Part shown: one piece after another, positions 1-11,200 of the stretch
Numbering within the stretch: position 1 is the stretch's first letter
Layout of the letters: the number at the start of each line of letters is the position of its first letter
From: Tubiluchus corallicola
Taxonomy: Eukaryota; Animalia; Priapulida
Assembly: GCA_030141605.1 (NCBI GenBank)
Contig: JAQGDQ010000067.1
Span: 248,001-312,000, forward strand
DNA: 64,000 bases
Direction: 5' to 3'
Program-made: the position numbers and the translations under genes
The notes under the pieces: model-generated
Database searches by the model: none
What the model saw: only the letters and a program-made list of their open reading frames with translations
Told to the model about the DNA's origin: nothing

Positions 1-442
1 TAATGGTGCTGGCACAGTCTTTTAAGATTTTTATTGGCATGTCTGAGGGTCCACTTCCTTTATTTATATTTAAACTGTTTAATATTTTAAACATGTCGTA
101 TTCGGTGACGCTAGTAAATGAGAAAGTGGATTGTGTTTGTGTTACTGATTGGTTTTTGTATATATTGTGTATATTTGCATTGTATTGGCGTGGCAAGTTG
201 TCAAATTTTCCGAGATTGATAAATGTGGAATTTAATATATTAGCAATGTCAACTGGATCAGATATCATACTGTCATTTTCTCGTAAACTGTTTATTTGTA
301 ATTGATCGTTTCTATATCTGTTAATATGTCATTAATTAAATGCCATTTTTGTTTAGGTGTAGTTGCATCATTGCATTTATTAGTATAATATTTATTTTTG
401 AGTTTCCTATTGTAGTTATTAAATTTATTTCATGCCTTTTTG
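1..442 (-). mobile_element. CR1/L2-group LINE ORF2 fragment (EN-RT linker), 5'-truncated, continues off the left edge
   Basis: Minus translation ...ISDPVDIANILNSTFINLGKF...STFSFTSVTEYDMFKILNSLNINKGSGPSDMPIKILKDCA resembles the LINE at 12360-12650 (DIANALNATFLNLG...FSFTSVTVGEIMDILNNLSSNKGSGPSAIPIKILKDSA). Confidence 0.85.
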
Positions 443-519
443 TAATTACAATAGGAAACTTAAAAATAAATATTATACTAATAAATGCAATGATGCAACT
501 ACACCTAAACAAAAATGGC
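342..519. repeat. 77-bp inverted repeat (arms 342-418 and 443-519, 24-nt spacer)
   Basis: The reverse complement of 342-418 matches 443-519 with 2 mismatches on manual comparison. Confidence 0.9.
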
Positions 520-3500
520 TACAACTTGACTCATTCACAGGACTAGACTTGTCGGGCAAATATTTCTTAAAGAAACTTACATCTCTAGTTATGTGCTGCC
601 CATCCCGGGCTGCGCTAATCTCAGTCTCCAGTCTAAAAGTTGTTTTGATTCTAGGATTACTGTAAGTAGGGAACATTCATTGTATCATCTTTACACGTCT
701 GCAAAAGAATGGCTGATACTCCAACTGGATTTGCATCAGTGAAAATTTCAGTATCTTTCGTTGGATCAAAATAATTCAATGTTGTTTTTTTCACCAAATA
801 TCTTTCAGCTCTTGGAATGCCGCTTGTTGCTCTGTTTCCTATTTCCACTCAGCACTACCCTATGTTAACAACCTAAGCGGAGTTGTAGTATCCGAATATT
901 TGGGTATGAATCTAGCACAATAGTTAGTCATACCTAAAATACTGCACATCTGATTCAGTTGGTGGAGCAAGCTTCTCATTAGTTGCTATCTTCACTAGAT
1001 CAGGAGAAACATACCAGCTAAAACCGCAGAATGTTACACTTTTCCTGTTGAAATAGCATTCTCAAGATTCAATGTTAGTCTGTTATCAACCTAACGTTCT
1101 AACAAAAGCTTGTCTTTTATCATGAGCAACTTGGTTAATACCAAAAATAATAATGCATCAGCTGTATTACACACACCAGGTATATCTTAGGACTTAGATT
1201 AACCGTTCAATTATTTTTTGAAACAGTTCTGGCACTGAATGAATTCCACAGATTAATCTTTTAAAACGAAACATGCCCATTCCAAAGTTGCAATGCTGTG
1301 AGATTCAGGGCTCAACTCAATTTGATGAAACCTTTCTTTCATGTCAATGGTCGAGAAAACTTTTGCACCATTTAGAATTTTTAGATCATGAACAAAATCA
1401 TGGATGGTAGTACCAGGATAACATTTTCTAATGACTGCTTTATTCGTTTGGCACCAGACTTGTGATGAGCAAAAACAGCTGGTGAAACAATTAATTTATA
1501 TCTAATGTGAAAAGCACTTGTTGTGGACGCCGCACTACAAGGAAGCACATTAGGATCAATGTGGATCTTGGCTTTGTAATTATTTAATGTAACAACACCG
1601 GCAAATAATTGTGGTTACCGTGTTATTAATTTAACAGATGTGTTCAACCTGTTCATCAGACTTAGACAGAAGACTAATAGCAGTAGCACTAACACTTGCC
1701 ACAGTGTTAGTTACTACCAGCCCCAATGCACGTGCTGTATCATAACATAAATGATTACTAGCACTCTCTGTATCCACTACTATTAACTGTGCTTCTTTCC
1801 GACAATTGTTTCTAAATGGCACCCAAAATTTCCCACAGTTTTCAAGGCAGAACCTTATTGTGCAAAAAATACAAGTTTTACTCTTGCACAACTTAAGCTT
1901 TTCGATGTGTTGGTTAGGCGTCTGTACAATTAAATCAACACCGGTATAGTGTCAACTGGAAATGTAGCAAATTTTCATTTTGCCTTATACCAAACTCATA
2001 AGTCTCGCTTGAATTGTGATCATTATCAAAATTGTTGCCATTAGTTGCACTAGGAGCTTTACTGCAGCTTGCATTTATTCTTCCAAACTTAAAAACAGTG
2101 CCCAATTTCCAATCACTTGTGGCACTTACGTCCCTTTGTTGGCTACTTATCCATGTCATCATCATGAGGCCATGGTCCACCACACTTGCCACATGTTTTC
2201 ATGGATGATTTACTCTTATCACTTTTACCATGCTTAGTGTAGCCATGAACAAGAAGATAGCTTTTTACTACCAACAAAATTCACTGCCTCACACATTTCG
2301 TAAAATTTACTGCATCACTGTTACTGCCAGTCCTTGAATGCTCTTGGCCTTAGATTCAGAAATTTCAATTCGTCTAGTCTCAGTCAAAACATTATACAGA
2401 TCCCAGTCACGGTGTTTTCGCACCTCTCATCTTAGTTTTTTTATTGCTAGTTTTTTGCAAAATTTGTGCCTGAATTTCTGAGCAAACTCGCAGTGCTTAG
2501 CCATGCCTTGAGTCTAGTAACATGCTGGTCAACTGTCTCACCCACCTTTGGCACATGTCTCTAAATAGAAACTCAACCACTGCAGTAGCTTTCATTGGCT
2601 TAAAATAATTATTAAGCAGAATCTTTTTGATTTACCCCTGGTTTTTATTTTTATTTCTTTATTAATTATTATTATTTGTTTCTTTAATAACTCACATACA
2701 TGCAGGGCTAGGGTCACGAAACTCACAGGACACATTCACCAGGTAAGGGAATTTATGTTAATATGCGACCCATCACCAGTACATATTCTTTGACAATTTT
2801 GAGACCAAACAGATGCAATATACAGAAAACATTGTAATACTAGATTTTTAGACACTGCCAAAATGTTGGGCCACCCAAAGGTCATCAACAGGGAATGTCT
2901 CAATCATATCAAGTAATATATCAAATTAAAGCTTGGGGGTGAGGCGAGTTTGTCACTAACAAATGTTGGCCCACCTGGGGTCACCTAAAGGTCATCTGCA
3001 GGAAATGTGTAGAGCATATTGTGTAATAAATCAAATTAAAGCTTATGCAGAGGTGGTTTGATGTGGTTCAGTGTCGCTGACAAATGACTTAATTTTTTTT
3101 TATTTTGCCAAAACCTTCATCCTTCGTCTTAGATTTTTGGTGTCTTCGACTTAGTTCTTCGTCTTAGCAACTTTTGCATAAAATGCATGTCAAATTGAAT
3201 GACCAAGGTCACCCACAGGGTATCTAAAGGAAGTGTCGCAAACAAATGTGCAATAATTATAGGGTACTATAAGCTTAGAAACTCAGTACTAGAATGATAA
3301 CTTTAAGGATCTGCTTCGGGCCTGATTTAGGAAGATGCTAAATGCAACGTTTATAGGAAGACAACACAGAGCACAGCAGGATGAAACAATCCAGGGCATC
3401 ACAATTAGTTGCTGGTGTAAAGGCACTATCAGAGTTTTTCTCACACTAAGGCATTTGTATGCTAGTAGGATGTCATTGCAACATGATAACATGTGACCCC

Positions 3501-4207
3501 CAAGAAGCCATTGTGCTTTTGTGCTTGAGCAATCATTCTACCACATGTCATACAAGTTTGTTGTGGTTATTGCAAATTTTTCTTCAGGGCAGTTGCACCG
3601 TCATTGACGGTCTGGTTAATCATTTTGAAAACAATTTTTATTTGTAAATACGAGTAAGCTGTCAGTGCATCTCCTGTCACAGAAGCAGAATCTTACCACA
3701 GTTTTTGATACAGTCGAAAACGCCCACAGGTTTAATTTAGTTTTCACAGCTCGAAAATTATTGTTGTGTTTAGCAAGTGTATCATAAATGTCATACACCT
3801 TTTCACCAGCTAATAGCAACAGTGGTGCCTTTGATCGGGCTTCATCTGTTATGTTCATGTCCATCAGATAATAATAATATTATCAAATCTGGACAGCCAT
3901 CATTCCCACCATACTGACATTGTATTAGGATCCTCAGCACTGTCAGCTGGTTGTATTTGAGCAGAAATTCCAGTTCCACAGTTTGGCGCCATAATACTTT
4001 ACTGACAATGTCCGTGTGCCAGTTAATAGAAAAGTCTTTTCACAATCACTTAATTCAACTAAAATGCTTTATTGAACAAGAAACACGATAAAGTGTTCAA
4101 AAACAATTAAAAGAGACAAAACTGTGCCTGCAACAACAACGGCGCTCACAGTAATGAGGGAAAACAAATTAGCATGTAAATTCGCATCCAACTTAATGCC
4201 AATTACA
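520..4207 (-). mobile_element. Decayed Ty3/Gypsy LTR retrotransposon (gag, RT, RNase H start, post-integrase tail), internally deleted and interrupted
   Basis: Gag-like MDMNITDEARSKAPLLLLAGEKVYDIYDTL (about 3780-3864) continues as NNYFKPMKA after an insertion. RNase H start YFDPTKDTEIFTDANPVGVSAILLQ (657-848). Post-integrase motif ISAARDGQHITRDVSFFKK (473-676). PBS-like TGGCACACGG at about 4012-4021. The LTR at about 4023-4207 is tentative. Confidence 0.8.
2613..3731 (+). mobile_element. Non-autonomous Helitron/Helentron-like element inserted in the Gypsy gag
   Basis: Splits the gag frame KTKLN|NYFKP at a T-rich site with no TSD. Its 3' ~110 bp, including hairpin GTTTTTGATACAGTCGAAAAC, match 57320-57440. 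It carries internal TCAAATTAAAGCTT repeats. Confidence 0.6.
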
Positions 4208-4442
4208 TGTCCAAAATTACAGTCATATAGATTTTAAAACATGTATTTAAAAAATTTTTCATTGATATCCCTGTCGTCACAATGCAGTGTTTAAAACCAA
4301 CTTATAACATAAATGCTGCAAAAATGCTGCTTCAGGTATTATTCTAACTTTTACACATTTTTTTCATTTTTTCCTACTCTTTTTTACCGTTCACTTCGTT
4401 TCATCTTTCTCATCATTCACCTTAATGGCTCCAAATAAATGT

Positions 4443-7400
4443 TTAGTTTGTGACAGACCTGTGCGGGGTAATCAGCGTGTTATGCTCTGAAATTGTTGCG
4501 GTCAGTGGGTTCATCTGCAATGTACGTCTTTGACCTTGTCTGACTTCTTGAATCTGGGTAATGATCACAATGACTGGGTTTTGCGAATTTCCTTTTAACT
4601 CCATTGTTGATGATGACGAATTTAAATTTTGTGCCCGTTTTTCAAACATTGGATCTATCATCGATAAAGACCTATTTAAACTGAAAACACACAACTTAAC
4701 TGATGACGACATTTACGATGATAACAGTGACAGTGATCCTGATATATTTTCAATCATATGCATTCTAACCCTGACAGTAAATACTATGATGAAGATCAAT
4801 TTCATTCGTTGCAATCCACTTTCAAATATTCCAACCCATTTTCATTAATTCATATTAATATTAGAAGTTTAAAATCTAATTTTAATCACTTTACTGCATA
4901 CTTAGAAATTTTGCAAGGTACCTTTCCTGTAATTGCACGCACTGAGACGTGGCTGACAGATGAGCTTAGCCAATCATTTTCTCTTTCAAGCTATAAACTC
5001 GTGTGTGTTAATAGAAAAGTAAAAAAAGGAGGTGGTGTGGCATTGTTCATTCTGGAAGACTTGGCTTATACAGTTATCAATGACTTATCACTATGTGAGG
5101 ATGAAATTTAAACTTTATTTGTTGAAATCCACAGTAAAGCAAGTAAAAACATTGTGATTGGTGTTACCTACTGCCCACCCCGTAATAGTCCTAGTACTTT
5201 CGTTGATAAATTCATGCATCTGTGAAATCTGCAACTCTCATTGATAATATATTTTCTAATGTCATTGATTCAGAATATAAATGTGGCTGCTAGAATTATT
5301 TACCAATGTTTGCTTTGTTTAACTTTAATTTGCCAATTTTAAACAAATCTGCCTTTATAAAATATCCTTATAATGACAACATTAAATTTAATTTAATTAC
5401 TGATTTGAATAGTAACAATTGGGATGATATCTTAGCGTGCAATGATGTTAATGATGCAACAAATTTATTTTTAGACCAGTTTCTTGATGTTTACTCTTCC
5501 CATGTTAAACCAAAACATAGTGACACTAATTTATCTAAAATAAAAAAGCCGTGTATTACTCAGGGACTACTAAACTCTAGTAAGCACAAAAATAAAATGT
5601 ATAAAAAGTATGTAAAACACCTAAAAATCATGAGTTTTCAAGAGAATATAAGCACCGTAATCGCTTAAGTGGTTTAGTTAAAAAATCTAAATTTGATTAC
5701 TTACAAAAGCAAATTTGAAACTTATAAAAAGAACATGGTGCGTTATGAACGAATTATTAAATAGATATTAAACACCGTCCCATGTTAGAATTAAAATCAA
5801 CAGCAAATTAATCACTAATAATACTATAGTGGCAAATTCATTTAATGAGCATAATGAACACTTTGTAAATATTGGTCCCATGGCTGAACAAATTGAGCAG
5901 GTTGATACTAGTTTTAGTCAATTCTTGAAAGGAGAATATATTAATTCATTTTATTTTCAACCTGTTACCCCTGACCAAGTAATAAGTATTTGCAAAAAAT
6001 TAAATTGCAAGACAAGCTCAGATATATATATATAACATTTCACCAAACATTATGTCAGATATAATCAACCTCTCCCTTACTTTTGGAATTTTTCCAGATA
6101 AACTAAAACAATCAATTGTCATTCCTTTATTCATATCCGGTGAAGCTACTAATGTGAACAACTACCGACCAATTTCTCTTCTCCCCACTTTTTCAAGACC
6201 ATTTGAATGATGTGCACATAATCAACTAGAAGCTTATTTAAATAAATACAACATATTAAATCCCCATCAATTTGGTTTTCGTAAAGGTTGCCTAACTGAT
6301 CTGGCTTTAATAAGTGTTTGCAGTAAACTGACTGACAGTATAGAAAAGAATACCATCACTGCCAGAGTATTTTGTGACCTTTCAAAGGCGTTTGATACTG
6401 TCGATCACCCCATTCTAATCAGTAAGTTGTTTCACTACGGCATTCGAGGGATTGCATCCATCTAGTTTAGGAGCTACTTAACTAAACGTTCGCAAAGCGT
6501 TAAATGCAACAATACTCTATCTGATACATTAACTGTTAGATCTGGCGTTCCACAAGGATCAATTCTTGGTCCATTATTGTTTCTTGTTTATATCAGTGAT
6601 ATTACAAACCTTCAGAACAATATGACTATAACACAGCTCGCTGATGATACTACAACATTTATGGATTTTTGCAAACCTTCGGTTACCAATACGAATAATA
6701 TGCTAAATAATCTTTCGATGTGGTTTAAGGCTAATAAATTGGCACTTAATTCTAGTAAAACAAAATATATCATGTTTCGATCTAAAAATAAACCCATTCC
6801 TCCAAATAGTACACTTTTCATTGATGGTGAACCAATTGAATTAATCAAAGAGACCAAATTTCTTGGTATCATCCTCCATGAAAATTTGGACTGAACTCTG
6901 CACATTAACATGATTAGTCTTAAAATATCAAAAAATGTTGGCATTATTTCCCACGCAAGTACAGTCTTTCAATGGTTCATCTCATAATGTTATATAATTC
7001 TTTAGTTCTACCATATTTAAATTTTGCTTGTATTCTTTGGGGCCCCACTTACCCCTCAAATTTAAATCCACTTCATACACTGCAACAAAAATTCTTGCAT
7101 AATTTTTATGGTCTTTCTAAATTTTTTACAATTTCTAAACAACACTTTAAGGATAGTAACCTATTAACAATTGATGATCTTGTTAAGTACAATACTGTGG
7201 TATTTATGCACAAAACTCACTTTAATTTGTTTTCACAATTTTTCATAAACCCTAAAAACAAAAATACCAAACAGTATAATACTAGGTATAATAAATATTA
7301 TGTCAGATATTGCAGAACCAACGTTGCTAAACATTTTATTTCTTTTGTAGGTCCCAATGTTTGGAATTCTATTTCTTGTAATATCAGAACAGTATCACGT

Positions 7401-7922
7401 CAACCTAGATTTGGAGGTGAAAACATATCTCTTAAATACATGTTAAGTGGATTTGGTCTTCAACTTTTCTTGCCATATTGTGTTCACCACGTTGGTTGCC
7501 ACTCACAGTCCGTCCCTGTATACACAAATGACTTATCATGCTATAGCCATTTCATTGCATTTTCAACATTATCACCTCATCGTTTTTTTAATTTTTTAAA
7601 ATAATTTTCTTCTATTCTACTTATATTACTTACTTACACCCTAATTTCACCTTCATGTCATCTCTTTTCATTACACATCTCTTTTATCCTGCCCCTAACA
7701 CCTAAGAACACACCATGCTTTGCAGCTGGGCTTTCCAAGTTCCAGCTTTTAGCTCAGCTGCAACCAGTTACATCATTTGTTCACTAATAATTGACTGCTT
7801 ACTTGACAAGTAATTGTAGTAATTTTTGTTTTCAGTTTGTATAATTGTATGTAGTATATCTTATTATGTAATTGTAATGGTGTTTGGTCTAATAAACAAA
7901 AAAATAAACAACAACAATTAAC
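4443..7922 (+). mobile_element. CR1/L2-group LINE with near-complete but frameshifted ORF2 (APE endonuclease + RT)
   Basis: EN motifs FSLIHINIRSL, TETWL and GGGVALFI. RT motifs NYRPISLLP, HQFGFR, DLSKAFDT, GVPQGSILGPLLF, LADDT and KFLGI. C-terminal YNSLVLPYL...GPNVWNSI, then AATAAA/A-rich tail at about 7890-7922. The 5' boundary is approximate. Confidence 0.9.
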
Positions 7923-7941
7923 AATTTCTTCTCCATACTTG

Positions 7942-7947
7942 TTTATT
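7942..7947 (-). terminator. Candidate poly(A) signal of the cadherin gene
   Basis: AATAAA on the minus strand about 250 nt after the predicted stop. Position only, no transcript evidence. Confidence 0.3.
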
Positions 7948-8197
7948 CCATAATTCACACCATTGTTAACTCACCACCTAAGTGTCTTCATCACAGTGGA
8001 TGTGATGTAGTAAACATTTTAACCATTTACTAATATGCATTACATAATAATAAATAAATAAAATTAAAGATAAAAATTAAGTCGTGTAAGTAGCTGACTA
8101 GCATTCTGAAACTATGTTTTCCGTGTGATTATGTAGTGATTTCTGATGGACTATTCAACATGCATAAAAAAGACAATTAATGCTTTTGCTGCTGCAG

Positions 8198-8212
8198 TCA
8201 AATGCTTTCAAA
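8198..8212 (-). CDS. Cadherin terminal coding exon (FESI-stop)
   Basis: Acceptor CTTTTGCCACATACTGCAG|TTT GAA AGC ATT TGA is phase 0, matching the donor at 8314. A minus-strand AATAAA lies at 7942-7947. Confidence 0.6.
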   Translation of the reverse strand, partial: FESI

Positions 8213-11200
8213 CTGCAGTATGTGGCAAAAGCCAAGAGAAGTTTTTGTTACACCAAAGCAAAACCTGTGATGACAAGTCAAAGAATCATAACACTGACAT
8301 TGTTTTAAGCATACCTTATTTTTGTTTTTATCCTTGTATAGTTGTTCTCTGCTGCTACTGTCCACTGGTTGATCACTTTGATCAGAAAGACTGCTTCTCC
8401 CTTCATTATCATCTGGATCGGTACTATTAGTCTTGGGACTGGGAGAGTTATAGTTACCATAATACTGCTCATAATGGTGAACTCCATTTCCAATGCCTAT
8501 TACCAATAAAATCTCAATAACAAATAGCAAAAAATAATCCTTCCAGTTACTGTGTAATGCGGGTACTTGAGCCAGCAGTATTTCAGATAAAACCAGGAGC
8601 AAGGTTTATAAATCTGCTGGCTCAAGTAAACCTGTTTTGGCCATGGAATTTAAAAAGAATTCACTATTTAATCCGATTTATCTACTATTCCAAAAAACTT
8701 TAAATACTCTAGCTTTCATTAAGCCCAGAATATAACCATCAGTATTGGTAACTTTCTTAAAAATATATTTTAAATTTGTGAGCACTGTAAATTTGTGACT
8801 GTAAGTATAGAAATAGGCAATTACATACGTAAGATATAAATGGCTTAAAAGATACTACATCAAACAAGATATATTTTAAAAGACATACATAAAAGGCAAG
8901 GAAAAGTTGCACGCTTTGCAAAAAATCCAGCTATTTCTTGCAACGTATGAAAGGTGCTTCAAAAAACATAGGCAAACGACGGATATGGAAAATGATGGAC
9001 ACGAGGCGGCAGAAATTGTGTTTCTCGACTTCGTACTTGTTGGTGATCCAGATGGTGAACGATATAAACAAATGCTAATTGCCTTGCAAATAAAAGCCAA
9101 AAATGACGAAAAAGAGAATAAAAAAGCAATTCAATGCCTGGAATCAAAACTAACTGGCAGCTACAAAGAGCAGTCAACTCTCATCGAAAAGATTCATAAA
9201 TTAACAGAACTTTCTAAACTACAAAAAAGAACACAAATGTAAGCAACCATGCAAGTGATAGTTCCTCCACAGTTTCCAGTCACACAGATGAAGCAAGTCA
9301 AACTTTGCTTGGGAATGGAAAAACTTCCTCATCGAAACACAGGAATAACGACCTTCCATCGTAAGATGAAATCTTGCAGAAAAAGGAAACTTGCAATACA
9401 ACAATAACTGTGAATCAAAGACGGAAAAATCATAAAACTATACATTCAACCACTCAAATGCTAGTCCTGGGAGACTCAAGGACCATATACTTAAATCCAA
9501 AGAACATAGGACAAAACGTCCAGGTGCACTCATACAGAGGCTTAACATTAGAAGAGTTAAGCACAAAAGTGCTAAACCATTATCCAGCTATGAAACTTGA
9601 TCATCGCTTGTGGTGTAAATGACATAAGACGGCTAGTGCAAAAGTGCGACGAGATTGGACAGCAAATCGACAAAGAATCATCAGTTAGAGACATCATTAC
9701 AATTGCAGACAATTGTGCTAAAAACATTGCAAGTAAGTTTAAAGCTGCAAACATTTTTATTTGTAATATACCGCGGATTTCAAAAAGTAAGCATTTTAAT
9801 GCAAAACCATGTAATATCTTTCTGACAAAGGAGTTTATATGCTCTTTCAATGACGATCTAGTCTATTTAACTAACAAAGAGGGTTATTTATTGTGCAACA
9901 TTCAAAGTCGTTTCTTGGCTGAAGGGTTTATGGCAAGAGACAGTTTACATTTCTGTCGTACAGTTGTATCAAAATTAGCAGAATGGCTGAACTGTGTTTA
10001 TACAATGATCCTAAGCATTGGTACGTGAAAACAAAACGCAAGCCAATGTCCCATACAAATTCACACCAACACAATTATGCAATTTCGCCCGAAAATAACT
10101 CTTCTAGTTTATGTATTGGTTCATCTTACAACATCAGCTATTCAGACATAGTTAAGAAACCTGGTATTCTCCCAAAGATGGTAATTAAAGGATCACAGCG
10201 AACCTACTCCGTTTTGAACTGGATAGAGCCATTTGACAAAGCAGTTTGTGATGTGCAGAACCGGATAAAGCTCATTATCTTAATAAATTTTCTACAGCGC
10301 TGCCAAGCCAAACTGAACCGGTGCAGTTAACTTAAGAACCAGCTCTAAAATACGAGACTGAAAACATACTAACAAAAGCCTTTAAAGAGCTTATCTCCAA
10401 GTTCATATAGGCCTAGTATCACTTTGCTTGTTTTTAGACATTACACTAAACTTTAAAGCTTGTGTAACCTTTTATCTTACTATGTGAGCCGAGCCATACA
10501 TACTATGCTGTTGTACTACTGTAAAAAAACTGCAAATTGAATTGATTTTATTTGGTACATTTTGATAGGTACCTATGTTAATAGGTTCATTTTGAAAACC
10601 ATACGAATTTACTTCTTTTATCATAGTTGATGTTTTTAAATCCAACCGTTTTTCTAACATATCTTATCATAAAATTACTAAATTCATTTGTGATTATAGT
10701 AGCAATTGTATTTTTAACATCAAAAGCCAAATAGTTAAGTTCTTTTATTGTAACTCTGCTTACGTCTTAGTTATACTACGTACATTACTACCCATATTCA
10801 AACTGAAAATGATCTACGTAACAGTAATTCATAATCTAATGACTAAAGGTAATTCAAACAACTTTTTAATTGCTTTTCCAGTAAATACCGATAAAATAAG
10901 ACACTCTATGCAATTTATTTTAAAAAGATTTGTATCTATTTTAAAAGTTGTGTATCTCAGTAATATAAGACAAATGCATCAGGTCAATCTAAAATAGCAC
11001 TAAAAGTATTGGAAAAATTACAGAATCCATCTAAATCTGAAAGCACTCCATACTCATGTTCTGAAATGCCTTACATTTTAACCATAATACATTTACTACT
11101 TATACTTGGTGGTATCAAAACTAATCCTGAACCCATTTTGCCAAATAATAATAATAATAATAACAATACCAGCAATGAGCTAAAAAAAATCCACTATTAA

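Noticed and set aside
8497-8602. Hydrophobic N-terminal part of ORF 8198..8602 as a second TM segment or separate gene
   Set aside because: It is the T-rich polypyrimidine tract of the intron. The real TM exon is 20323-20449.
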